Source: Clostridiales bacterium (lineage in GTDB: Bacteria; Bacillota; Clostridia; Clostridiales; Caloramatoraceae). From it: a DNA stretch of 32,234 nt. The notes under the pieces were generated by a model. It worked only from the letters and a program-made list of their open reading frames with translations. It ran no database searches and had not been told where the DNA came from. The DNA lies in assembly GCA_026416355.1 (NCBI GenBank), contig JAOAFH010000090.1, positions 1 through 32,234 of the forward strand, written 5' to 3'. This document shows positions 8,740 through 17,767 of the stretch, one piece after another; the first letter of the stretch is position 1; each line of letters begins with the position of its first letter. The translations under genes were made by a program, and so were the position numbers.

Positions 8740-9963
8740 ATGAAAAAGGTTGAGTTATTGGCACCAGCTGGGAATCTAGAAAAATTAAAAACAGCTTTCA
8801 TTTACGGTGCAGATGCTGTTTATATTGGTGGAGAAAATTTTAGTTTAAGAGCAATGGCAGATAATTTCTCTCTAGAAGAGATGAAAGAAGGAATTGAATT
8901 TGCGCATAACTTGAATAAAAAAGTTTATGTTACTATAAATATTTTTCCACATAACAATGATTTTGAGGGACTACCTGAATATATTAAAAAGTTAAATGAA
9001 ATAAATGTTGATGCAGTTATTGTTTCAGATTTGGGAATTTTTTCTGTTGTAAAAGAAGTAGCACCTAACATGGAAGTACATATAAGCACACAAGCTAATA
9101 ATGTAAACTATAAATCAGCAGAGTTTTGGTATAAACTTGGAGCTAAGAGGGTTGTTTTAGCACGCGAGTTGTCACTAAAAGAAATCAAAGAAATTAGAGA
9201 AAAAGTACCTGCAGATTTAGAATTAGAAGCTTTTGTCCATGGTGCAATGTGTATTTCATATTCAGGAAGATGTTTACTATCAAACTATATGACAAATAGA
9301 GATGCCAACAGAGGTATGTGTGCGCATCCATGCAGATATAAGTATTATTTAGTTGAGGAAAAAAGACCAGGTCAATATTTCCCAGTTTTTGAAGATGAAA
9401 GAGGCACATATATCATGAACTCAAATGATTTATGTATGATTGAATATATTCCAGAGCTAATTGAAAGTGGTATATCAAGCTTTAAAATAGAAGGAAGAAT
9501 GAAAAGTTCATATTATGTTGCTTCAGTTGTTAAAGCCTATAGGGAGGCAATAGATGCCTATTATGAACAAGGTGAAAATTATAAGTTTAATCCTAAGTGG
9601 CTTGAAGATGTGTCTAAATCAAGTCATAGAGAATTTTCAACAGGATTCTATTTTGGCAAACCAGAAAAACAAATATATAATAGCTCCTCATATATCAGAA
9701 CCCATGATATAGTAGGATTAGTTATTGATTATGATAGAGAAAATAATATAGCAACAATTGAACAAAGAAACAGAGTATTTAAAGGAGAAGAAGTTGAAGT
9801 TTTAACTTCTAAGGGTGAAAATTTTAAGCTTGTATTAGAAAATATGTGGAATCAAGAAGGCGAAGAAATAGAATCAGCGCCTCATCCACAAATGATATAT
9901 AAAATTAGAACACAGCAACAATTAAAACCATTTGATATGCTTGTTAAAGAGAAAGGGGATTAA
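8740..9963 (+). CDS. trhP: U32-family protein, TrhP/YrrO-like tRNA hydroxylase
   Basis: [41 protein letters not shown] Fe-S ligands, FKIEGRMK. Confidence 0.9.
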   Translation: MKKVELLAPAGNLEKLKTAFIYGADAVYIGGENFSLRAMADNFSLEEMKEGIEFAHNLNKKVYVTINIFPHNNDFEGLPEYIKKLNEINVDAVIVSDLGIFSVVKEVAPNMEVHISTQANNVNYKSAEFWYKLGAKRVVLARELSLKEIKEIREKVPADLELEAFVHGAMCISYSGRCLLSNYMTNRDANRGMCAHPCRYKYYLVEEKRPGQYFPVFEDERGTYIMNSNDLCMIEYIPELIESGISSFKIEGRMKSSYYVASVVKAYREAIDAYYEQGENYKFNPKWLEDVSKSSHREFSTGFYFGKPEKQIYNSSSYIRTHDIVGLVIDYDRENNIATIEQRNRVFKGEEVEVLTSKGENFKLVLENMWNQEGEEIESAPHPQMIYKIRTQQQLKPFDMLVKEKGD

Positions 9964-9964
9964 A

Positions 9965-10600
9965 ATGAGTAGACCAATAATAATTGGAATCGAAGGTGGA
10001 ACAGGTTCTGGTAAAAGTACAGTTGCTCAGGAGATTTACAGTAGTCTTCCTGAAGAAAGTATCTCAGTAATTGAACAAGACAATTATTACAAAGATCAAA
10101 GCCATCTTTCCTTCGAAGAAAGAACAAAAACTAACTACGATCATCCAGATGCATTTGATACAGCATTACTTCTTGAGCACCTTAAAAAACTATCAATGGG
10201 TGAATCAATAGATAAACCTATTTATGATTTTGCTAATCATACAAGAAAAAAAGAAACTGTTAAAGTAGAACCAAAGGACATAGTAGTTTTAGAAGGTATT
10301 ATGATTTTGGTTGAACCTGAAATCAGAAATATGCTTGATATAAAGATTTTTGTTGATACTGATGCTGATGTTAGAATCATAAGAAGAATTAAGAGGGACA
10401 TTAAAGAAAGAGGAAGAACTCTTGATTCAGTGATAGATCAATATATAAACGTTGTAAGACCAATGCATTTACAATTTGTTGAACCAACAAAGAGATATGC
10501 AGATATTATAATCCCAGAAGGTGGTTACAACAAAGTTGCGATTGATATAATGATTGCAAAGGTAAATGAAATTGTTAGAAGAAAACAAGGTTTAAAATAA
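9965..10600 (+). CDS. udk: Uridine kinase
   Basis: [10 protein letters not shown]-loop, [36 protein letters not shown] 9965 follows AAGGGGA. Confidence 0.96.
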   Translation: MSRPIIIGIEGGTGSGKSTVAQEIYSSLPEESISVIEQDNYYKDQSHLSFEERTKTNYDHPDAFDTALLLEHLKKLSMGESIDKPIYDFANHTRKKETVKVEPKDIVVLEGIMILVEPEIRNMLDIKIFVDTDADVRIIRRIKRDIKERGRTLDSVIDQYINVVRPMHLQFVEPTKRYADIIIPEGGYNKVAIDIMIAKVNEIVRRKQGLK

Positions 10601-10626
10601 AAATACTCTTTATTTTTGGAAAAAAA

Positions 10627-10637
10627 TATGTTAAAAT
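10627..10637 (+). promoter_or_regulatory. Possible SigA extended -10 promoter upstream of sigK
   Basis: TATG-T-TAAAAT matches TRTGnTAnAAT; the -35 (TTTATT) is weak. Confidence 0.4.
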
Positions 10638-10662
10638 TAAAATATACAAAGGAATAAATTGT

Positions 10663-10691
10663 AACATTGCCCTCCTGTAAAGCATATAATG
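10663..10691 (+). promoter_or_regulatory. SigE/SigK-type promoter of sigK
   Basis: AACA (10663-10666), 16 nt, CATATAATG (10683-10691), matching mACm-N16-CATAnnnT. Confidence 0.6.
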
Positions 10692-10719
10692 TACATAGGC
10701 CTATCAGGGGGGTGTTTTT

Positions 10720-11406
10720 TTGATTGTAGAAACTATATGTAGCTTGCTTGACGGATTATTTGTTCTAGCTGGATATATAACAAATGGAAGTTCCTTCCCT
10801 AAACCCCTAACTGAAGAAGAAGAAAAAGAGCTATTTGATGCATATAAAGCAGGCGACCAACAGGCAAAGGCTGAATTAATTACAAGAAATTTAAGATTAG
10901 TTGCACATATTATAAAAAAGTTTGGTCCTATTGGGAAAGATTCAGATGATTTAATTTCTATTGGAACAGTAGGATTAATTAAAGCAATTGAAAGTTTTGA
11001 TTACGACAAAGGCAATAGGTTAGCAACTTATGCAGCAAGATGTATTGAAAATGAAATTTTAATGTTTATGCGTTCTGCAAAGAAAGTAAAAACTGAAGTT
11101 TACCTACAAGATCCAATAGGAGTAGATAAAGAAGGAAATGAAATTTGTCTAATGGATGTTTTAGGCACTGAAAGTGATCAAATTTTAGATGAAGTAGAAA
11201 GTAAAATCTCTATTAGAAAGTTATACAATATTATTGATAAGGTACTTGAGGAAAAGGAGAAGGCTATAATAAAGTGGCGTTATGGATTAAGTTGTGAACC
11301 CAAAACACAGATGGAGATAGCTAATATTTTAGGTATTTCAAGAAGTTATGTTTCACGAATAGAAAAAAGAGCTCTAAAAAAATTAGCAAAGGAAATGCAA
11401 AGGTAG
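10720..11406 (+). CDS. sigK: Sporulation sigma factor pro-SigK, uninterrupted
   Basis: Pro-sequence followed by GYITNGSSFPKPL, NLRLVAHIIKKF, DDLISIGTVGLIKAI, LATYAARCIENEILM, GISRSYVSRIEKRAL. Confidence 0.96.
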   Translation: MIVETICSLLDGLFVLAGYITNGSSFPKPLTEEEEKELFDAYKAGDQQAKAELITRNLRLVAHIIKKFGPIGKDSDDLISIGTVGLIKAIESFDYDKGNRLATYAARCIENEILMFMRSAKKVKTEVYLQDPIGVDKEGNEICLMDVLGTESDQILDEVESKISIRKLYNIIDKVLEEKEKAIIKWRYGLSCEPKTQMEIANILGISRSYVSRIEKRALKKLAKEMQR

Positions 11407-11424
11407 CACAGAAGTGCTACCTTT
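11399..11424 (+). terminator. Terminator hairpin after sigK
   Basis: AAAGGTAGCAC-AGAA-GTGCTACCTTT, 11 bp perfect. Confidence 0.75.
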
Positions 11425-11491
11425 AATACTATTCAATTAGTTAATAATTTGTTAGAATAGAATAGTAATTATAGATAGATAGGTGAGTTAT

Positions 11492-12004
11492 ATGCAAAAT
11501 TTATTAAAACCTGATTATTATGTTAATAGTATTTACAATATTAATTATCAAAAATTAAAAGACATGGGAATTAAAAATATTATTTTTGACATAGATAATA
11601 CATTGGTTAAATGGAAGACCCCTAAAATAAATGATAAAGCTAAAATTTTATTAGAAAGCTTAATTGATATGGGTTTTAATATATGTATTTTATCCAATAG
11701 CTCAGCTAAAAGAGTAAAAAATTTTACTGACAATGATAAAATTCTTTATTTTAGTGGAATTGGAATTAAACCAATGAAAAATAAGTTTTATGGTGCATTA
11801 AATGTTTTAAAAGCAAAAAAAGAAGAAACATGTATTGTTGGTGATCAAATTTTCACAGACATACTTGGTGGAAATAGAATAGGTATTACAACTATATTAG
11901 TTGAACCAATTGATAGTAATGAACTTATTACAACAATGTTTATTAGAAAAATTGAAAAAAAAATAAAGAAAAAATTAAATATGAATAACGATATTTGTTC
12001 TTGA
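11492..12004 (+). CDS. yqeG: YqeG-family HAD IIIA phosphatase
   Basis: FDIDNTL, ILSN, KP, VGDQIFTDILGGNRIG. ATG 11492 follows AGGTGA. Confidence 0.92.
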   Translation: MQNLLKPDYYVNSIYNINYQKLKDMGIKNIIFDIDNTLVKWKTPKINDKAKILLESLIDMGFNICILSNSSAKRVKNFTDNDKILYFSGIGIKPMKNKFYGALNVLKAKKEETCIVGDQIFTDILGGNRIGITTILVEPIDSNELITTMFIRKIEKKIKKKLNMNNDICS

Positions 12005-12007
12005 TTG

Positions 12008-12037
12008 TGTTTAAAAAAATATCTACTGGCAATAATT
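12008..12037 (+). promoter_or_regulatory. Alternative-sigma (SigF/SigB-like) promoter motif, copy 1, upstream of pilB
   Basis: TGTTTAA-N12-TGGCAATAATT, with identical boxes and spacing at 15616-15645. Confidence 0.6.
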
Positions 12038-12066
12038 TTAAAGTGCTTCGGAGGTGATTAAGTTAA

Positions 12067-13359
12067 ATGGAATTAAAGGATATTGCCAGTAAATATGAAG
12101 ATAATAATGATAAAATTTTAAATTTAGATGATATAATAAAAGAAATAAACAACCTAAATTTTAACTATTATAAAATAAATGAAAACATCAGCAATGAAGT
12201 CAAAAATTTTCCTATAGTTAAATTGGTAGATGGTTTGATATATAATGCAATAAATACCAATACCAGCGATATTCACATTGAACCTATGTCAAACAAAACA
12301 AGAATTAGATATAGAATAGATGGAGAATTGTCTGAAGTTGCTTCTATACCAATTAGTTCACATCAATTGGTTGTTGGTAGAATAAAAATACTAGCTCATA
12401 TGGATATTTCTGAAAAACGCATTCCCCAAGATGGCAGAGTAATTTTTAACAATCACTATGGTTTTGTTGACTTAAGAGTTTCATCTATGCCAACTGTTTA
12501 TGGTGAAAAGATTGTCATAAGAATTCTCAAAAAAAGTACAACAGATATAAAAAGAAAAGAATTAGGTTTCAGTGAGAAAGATGAAAAAATAATAGATAGA
12601 TTAATATCGACTCAAGGGGGACTAATTTTAGTTGCTGGTCCAACTGGTAGTGGTAAGACAACTACTTTATATTCGATTTTAAAGGATTTAAATAAAAATA
12701 TTAAAAACATTATAACAATTGAGGATCCAGTTGAGTATATGATAGATGGATTAAATCAAATTAATGTTAATACAAAAATAGGATTAGATTTTAGTCAAGT
12801 TTTAAGGTCGGTATTAAGGCAAGACCCTGATGTAATTATGATAGGAGAAATAAGAGACCAAGAAACAGCAAAAATAGCTGTTAGAGCAGCTATTACAGGT
12901 CATTTAGTTTTAAGCACAATTCATACAATAGATGCACCTTCGACTATAATAAGGCTTATTGAAATGGGGGTTGAACCATATCTTGTGGCAAGTTCCATTA
13001 AGGGCGTTATTGCACAAAGACTTGTAAAGAAAATTTGCCCAAAATGTAAAACAGAATATAAAGCTGACATGCTTCAACAAAAAATTATAGATGAATCAAA
13101 AAAACATTATCTTTATAAAGGCAGTGGATGCGAGCATTGTCAATATACTGGTTATAAAGGTAGAGTGGGTATTTTTGAAGTGTTAGAGATAACAAGAGAA
13201 CACAGAGAAGCAATTGTTTCAAATCAGAATATTGACAACTTTAGGGATTTATGCATTAATAAAGATATGAATAATTTACAAGAATCTTGTAAAATTATGT
13301 TATTAAATGGTATAACAACATTGGAGGAGTATATAAAACTTGTAATGACAAATGATTAG
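12067..13359 (+). CDS. pilB: Type IV pilus assembly ATPase PilB/GspE-like, short N-terminus
   Basis: SDIHIEP, PQDGR, GPTGSGKTTT, TIEDPVE, LRQDPDVIMIGEIRD, TGHLVLSTIH, Zn motif CPKC..CEHC. Confidence 0.92.
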   Translation: MELKDIASKYEDNNDKILNLDDIIKEINNLNFNYYKINENISNEVKNFPIVKLVDGLIYNAINTNTSDIHIEPMSNKTRIRYRIDGELSEVASIPISSHQLVVGRIKILAHMDISEKRIPQDGRVIFNNHYGFVDLRVSSMPTVYGEKIVIRILKKSTTDIKRKELGFSEKDEKIIDRLISTQGGLILVAGPTGSGKTTTLYSILKDLNKNIKNIITIEDPVEYMIDGLNQINVNTKIGLDFSQVLRSVLRQDPDVIMIGEIRDQETAKIAVRAAITGHLVLSTIHTIDAPSTIIRLIEMGVEPYLVASSIKGVIAQRLVKKICPKCKTEYKADMLQQKIIDESKKHYLYKGSGCEHCQYTGYKGRVGIFEVLEITREHREAIVSNQNIDNFRDLCINKDMNNLQESCKIMLLNGITTLEEYIKLVMTND

Positions 13360-13369
13360 GAGGAACAAT

Positions 13370-14428
13370 ATGACAAAGTTTGATCAACTACTAAAGAAGG
13401 TAATAGATATTGGAGCATCAGATTTACATATCACAGTTGGAATTCCACCGACAGCAAGAGTAAATGGAACATTAGTTCAACTGACAGAAGAAAAACTAAC
13501 AACTGATCAAACAGAGGAGTATGTTAGGTTTGTATTAACAGAAGAACAATATGAGAAGTACCAAGAGCTTGGTGAATTGGATTTTTCATATGCTCTTCAA
13601 GGAATTGGTAGATTTAGAGTTAATGCATTTAAGCAAAGAGGAAGTGATGCAATGGCACTAAGAACAGTTGCAGCACAAGTTCCTACTCTAGACAAGCTCG
13701 AGATGCCAAATGTCTTAAAGGAATTAACAAATAAAACAAGAGGATTAATTTTAGTAACTGGTCCGACAGGAAGTGGTAAATCTACAACTTTAGCTGCAAT
13801 GATTAATGAAATCAATCAAAATAGAAGTTGCCATATTATAACACTTGAAGATCCAATAGAATATTTACATAAACACAAAAAGAGTATTGTAAATCAAAGA
13901 GAAGTTGGACATGATACAAAGTCATATGCAAATGCATTAAGAGCTGCATTAAGAGAAGATCCGGATGTTATACTTGTTGGAGAGATGCGTGATTTAGAAA
14001 CTATCTCAATTGCAATAACGGCAGCTGAAACAGGACATTTAGTTCTATCAACATTACATACAATTGGTGCTTCAAAAACAGTTGATAGAATAGTGGATGT
14101 TTTTCCGCCATATCAACAACAACAAATTAAAGTTCAACTTTCAGCTGTTTTAGAGGGAGTAATTTCTCAGCAGTTAATTAAGAGAGCAGATGGAAATGGA
14201 AGAGTGTGTGCAATGGAAATTATGACAGCTACACCTGCTATTAGAAACTTAATAAGAGAAGGTAAAACACATCAAATAGATTCTGCAGTTCAAACTGGTG
14301 CAAAGTTTGGAATGAAGACAATGGATATGTCTTTAGTTGAACTTTATAAAAAGGGATTAATATCATATGAGGATGCTTTAAATTATTCTGTTGATAGAGA
14401 TATAGTTATGAGATTATTAAGCATATAG
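13370..14428 (+). CDS. pilT: Retraction ATPase PilT
   Basis: ASDLHI, GPTGSGKSTTLAAMI, NQREVG, LREDPDVILVGEMRD and the diagnostic AIRNLIRE. ATG 13370 follows AGGAGG. Confidence 0.96.
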   Translation: MTKFDQLLKKVIDIGASDLHITVGIPPTARVNGTLVQLTEEKLTTDQTEEYVRFVLTEEQYEKYQELGELDFSYALQGIGRFRVNAFKQRGSDAMALRTVAAQVPTLDKLEMPNVLKELTNKTRGLILVTGPTGSGKSTTLAAMINEINQNRSCHIITLEDPIEYLHKHKKSIVNQREVGHDTKSYANALRAALREDPDVILVGEMRDLETISIAITAAETGHLVLSTLHTIGASKTVDRIVDVFPPYQQQQIKVQLSAVLEGVISQQLIKRADGNGRVCAMEIMTATPAIRNLIREGKTHQIDSAVQTGAKFGMKTMDMSLVELYKKGLISYEDALNYSVDRDIVMRLLSI

Positions 14429-14454
14429 TTAAACAATATTGGGGTGTTTGTTGT

Positions 14455-15615
14455 ATGCCTTTATTAGAAGAAAAAATAGTTAAAGCAAGATACAAAAAAA
14501 TAAGATACAAAGTAGACACTGCCTTTAAATCAGGTAGTGTCTATAATACTTTTAAAGATATTAAACTATTTAAAAGAGATATCAAATTTAATACTAAGGA
14601 ATTGTATTTTATATGCAGACAGTTTTCTATGGCATTTAATTCTGGTATGGATATTTTAAGAAGTATTGAGGCTATTGAAGAGAATACAATTAACAAAAAT
14701 GTAAGCAAGGTTTTTGCAAAAATACATGAAAGTGTACAAAGTGGTCTACTACTTTCACAATCAATAAAATTGACTAATGCGTTTCCTTTGTTTTTTGTTA
14801 ATATGATTGAAGCTGGAGAAGTAAGTGGTAGATTAGAGTATGTTTTAAATAGTTTAAGTGATTACTATGAAAAAGAGTTAAGGTTAAAGAAAAAAATAAC
14901 ACAGGCACTTTTATATCCCACTTTTGTAGTTATTTTTACTACTCTAGTATTTTACATTATGCTAGTTAAAGTTGTTCCTATGTTTGTTAATGTTTTAAAT
15001 CAATTTCCCAAAATTGAGCTACCAAAGCAAACAAGATTAATTATATCTTTATCAGATTTTTTAAGGGAAAATAATGAAAAAGTGATTATTAGCATTTTGA
15101 TTTTTGCAATTACTCATAAAGTATTTATACAGGGTAGATTTAAAAATGTAGTTGATTATCTAAAAATAAAAATACCAATAATAAAAAATTTATATAAGCT
15201 AAATATATCAATAAAGTTTTTAGGTAGTATGGGGATTTTGACTAAAAGTGGTATATCATATATAAATTCAATTGAAATAGCATCAAAAGTTATAGAGAAT
15301 ATTCATATTCAAGAGGAACTTATAAATGTTAAAGATAGTTTGTTGATGGGAGATTCATTAAGTGAATCTATTTCAAGAGTAAAATTTTTTCCTAAGCTAT
15401 TAAAAAGTATGTTAAAAACAGCAGAGGAAACAGGTAAACTTGAGGTTGTTTTTGAAAATATGCATAGATATTATCTTGATGAGTTTGAAGATAAATTAAA
15501 GATTATTACTTCATTATTAGAACCAGCGATGATTATTGTTGTGGCAAGTATAGTAGGTTTTTTAATCATGTCCATAATATTACCAATATTTAATATATAT
15601 AGGGGTATGATGTAA
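14455..15615 (+). CDS. pilC: Platform protein PilC/GspF
   Basis: Two T2SSF repeats (AGEVSGRLE..ALLYP and AEETGKLE..LLEP) with TM segments. Confidence 0.92.
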   Translation: MPLLEEKIVKARYKKIRYKVDTAFKSGSVYNTFKDIKLFKRDIKFNTKELYFICRQFSMAFNSGMDILRSIEAIEENTINKNVSKVFAKIHESVQSGLLLSQSIKLTNAFPLFFVNMIEAGEVSGRLEYVLNSLSDYYEKELRLKKKITQALLYPTFVVIFTTLVFYIMLVKVVPMFVNVLNQFPKIELPKQTRLIISLSDFLRENNEKVIISILIFAITHKVFIQGRFKNVVDYLKIKIPIIKNLYKLNISIKFLGSMGILTKSGISYINSIEIASKVIENIHIQEELINVKDSLLMGDSLSESISRVKFFPKLLKSMLKTAEETGKLEVVFENMHRYYLDEFEDKLKIITSLLEPAMIIVVASIVGFLIMSIILPIFNIYRGMM

Positions 15616-15645
15616 TGTTTAATCATCCCTCCGTTGGCAATAATT
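15616..15645 (+). promoter_or_regulatory. Alternative-sigma promoter motif, copy 2, upstream of the major pilin; spacer contains an anti-SD
   Basis: TGTTTAA-tcatccctccgt-TGGCAATAATT. CATCCCTCC (15624-15632) is the exact reverse complement of GGAGGGATG (15665-15673). Confidence 0.6.
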
Positions 15646-15676
15646 ATATATGTCAAAATTTAAAGGAGGGATGTTT

Positions 15677-16072
15677 ATGATTAGAAAAACTAAGAAAAAA
15701 GGACTAACCTTAATTGAAATGGTTGCTGCAATTGCTATTATTGGTATTCTAGCAGCAACATTGATACCAGAAGTATCAAGCTATGCCCAAAGGGCAGAGG
15801 ACACAAAACTAAGAACTGAGGCAAAAGTACTTTTAAATGCAATTGAAATGTATAATGCTTCGGTAAATGATTCAACAAAAAGGATTGGAAATGATACGGT
15901 TTTTTCAAGTTGTTTTAATGCAACTTCTAAAAAATTAACTGCAGATTTTGATGCGTCAGTAGGTGAAGAACTAGAAAAAATGTATGAAAAACTTTCTAGT
16001 AAAAACAGCCCATTGATTAATAAGACTGTTTCAGAAATAAAAACAATAATTGAAACAGGCCAAATTGATTAA
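15677..16072 (+). CDS. Probable major type IV pilin
   Basis: Class III signal MIRKTKKKG|LTLIEMVAAIAIIGILAATLIP with E5 and P22; strong RBS AAGGAGGG; own promoter motif. Confidence 0.88.
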   Translation: MIRKTKKKGLTLIEMVAAIAIIGILAATLIPEVSSYAQRAEDTKLRTEAKVLLNAIEMYNASVNDSTKRIGNDTVFSSCFNATSKKLTADFDASVGEELEKMYEKLSSKNSPLINKTVSEIKTIIETGQID

Positions 16073-16108
16073 TTTTTTAACTTGTTTGATTTATTGGGAG
16101 GTTCTTTT

Positions 16109-16867
16109 ATGGAAACATTTTATTTGATTTATTCAGTTATTTTAGGATTAGTTATAGGAAGTTTTTTAAATGTATGTATATATAGAATTCCTAGAGAGGA
16201 ATCTATTGCGTATCCTCCATCCCATTGCACTAACTGTGGTTATAGATTAAAATGGTTTGATTTAATTCCTTTATTTAGCTATTTGTTTCTTGGTGGTAAA
16301 TGTAGAAAATGTGGAGATAAAATTTCTTTTATTTATCCTTTTATAGAAATGGCAACAGGTATTTTATTTGGTATTTTGTATTTAAAATTTGGTTTAGGAT
16401 TTGAATTTTTTAAATATGCAACTCTTTTTGCAGTAATGATTGTAATTGGAATGATTGATTATTTTACAACTGATGTTTATTTTAAAACTATAGTATTTGG
16501 AACAATTATGGGAGTAATATTCGTATTAATAGAAAAGCTCTACTATAATAATCCAATTTTGACTTATATTTTTGGTGCATTGTTAGGTGCAGGTATAATA
16601 TGGGTTATTTTTATAATTACAAAAGCAATGGGAGAAGGAGATATTGAAATTTGCTTTGTGGCAGGTTTATTTTTAGGATTTAAATTGACTAGCATAATGA
16701 TACTATTGTCATTTATTATTGGTGGATTTATTGGAATGATATTGATTGCTTTAAAAATAAAAGATAGAAAGGACTATATCCCATTTGGACCTTTTATAGG
16801 TTTAGCAACAATAATAACAGTATTATATGGAGATATAATTTTAAAATGGTATAGTTCCTTATTCTAA
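16109..16867 (+). CDS. pilD: Prepilin peptidase/N-methyltransferase
   Basis: GSFLNVCIYRIP, SHCTNC..GKCRKC, MID and MGEGD catalytic aspartates, IPFGPFI. ATG 16109 follows GGGAGG. Confidence 0.95.
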   Translation: METFYLIYSVILGLVIGSFLNVCIYRIPREESIAYPPSHCTNCGYRLKWFDLIPLFSYLFLGGKCRKCGDKISFIYPFIEMATGILFGILYLKFGLGFEFFKYATLFAVMIVIGMIDYFTTDVYFKTIVFGTIMGVIFVLIEKLYYNNPILTYIFGALLGAGIIWVIFIITKAMGEGDIEICFVAGLFLGFKLTSIMILLSFIIGGFIGMILIALKIKDRKDYIPFGPFIGLATIITVLYGDIILKWYSSLF

Positions 16868-16879
16868 AGAAGGGATAAA

Positions 16880-17362
16880 TTGAAAAAGAAGGCATTTACA
16901 TTGATTGAACTTCTATGTACTATTTCAATTTTGCTGATTTCATTTAGTTTTATTACATTTGATTATATTTCAATGTACAATAAAAAATATACTAAACTAT
17001 CAATAGAAACTATCATATCAGATCTTCAAGAGGCAAAGCTTTTAGCAATTAATAATGCAGCCTATGACATAGGCATTTATTTTTATTTATCAGAAGATGG
17101 CTACAACTATGATGGTTATAAAGTGCAGATGATAGGAAGTAGTAATAGTTTAATTAAAACAAGAAAGTTTAAAGATAATTTAGTTATAAGTCGTTCTAAA
17201 AGTACAATTCCATATGATGGTAGATTAATATTTAGAGCCAATGGTAGTGTATCACCTTATGCGGCAACTATTGCTATTTATGATAAAGATACAAAACAAT
17301 ATAGATATATTACATTAACTATTGGATATACAAGGATTATGGAGGTTCCTAGTAAGAATTGA
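16880..17362 (+). CDS. Minor pilin (FimU/GspH/ComGD-like)
   Basis: KKKA|FTLIE prepilin motif; IFRANGS..TIAI C-terminal pattern; TTG start. Confidence 0.85.
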   Translation: MKKKAFTLIELLCTISILLISFSFITFDYISMYNKKYTKLSIETIISDLQEAKLLAINNAAYDIGIYFYLSEDGYNYDGYKVQMIGSSNSLIKTRKFKDNLVISRSKSTIPYDGRLIFRANGSVSPYAATIAIYDKDTKQYRYITLTIGYTRIMEVPSKN

Positions 17363-17757
17363 AAAATAAAGCATTTACATTGATAGAAAATATTATTATG
17401 CTATTTGTTATATCTATAATTACTTTAGCAATTTTAGAATTAAACATACAAAATATAAAAATTAATAAAACCAATAATGATAATTATGGTATGTTTTTAA
17501 TAGCTAAATCTATTTGTGAAATATATATTTCACAGGAAAATACAATTACTGATAATAGCTATTTGATATATTTAAACAATGTGGAAGATTTAAAATATAC
17601 TATTGAAGAATGTACCTCAAGTTTAACTTTTGATAATTCAAAAAGATTAAATGTATATTTGAGTTTTGAAACTATTAATAGCGGGTTAAATAAATTGACT
17701 GTAAAAGTTAAAAACCTAGAGAATAATAAAGAAGTTATCTTAAGCTGTTATAAGTAG
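17359..17757 (+). CDS. Minor pilin (PilV/ComGE-like position)
   Basis: KNKA|FTLIE motif; TTGA start/stop overlap. Confidence 0.8.
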   Translation: MKNKAFTLIENIIMLFVISIITLAILELNIQNIKINKTNNDNYGMFLIAKSICEIYISQENTITDNSYLIYLNNVEDLKYTIEECTSSLTFDNSKRLNVYLSFETINSGLNKLTVKVKNLENNKEVILSCYK

Positions 17758-17767
17758 GTGTTAATAT

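Noticed and set aside
10689-10699. ATGTACATAGG shared by the sigK leader and the peptidase leader (19596-19606)
   Set aside because: Only 11 nt, partly the RBS in the second copy, with no functional link between the genes.
12027-12041. TGGCA as a sigma-54 -24 box (also at 15635)
   Set aside because: No TTGC -12 element at the required spacing in either copy. A sigma-28 reading also fails on TAAA spacing.
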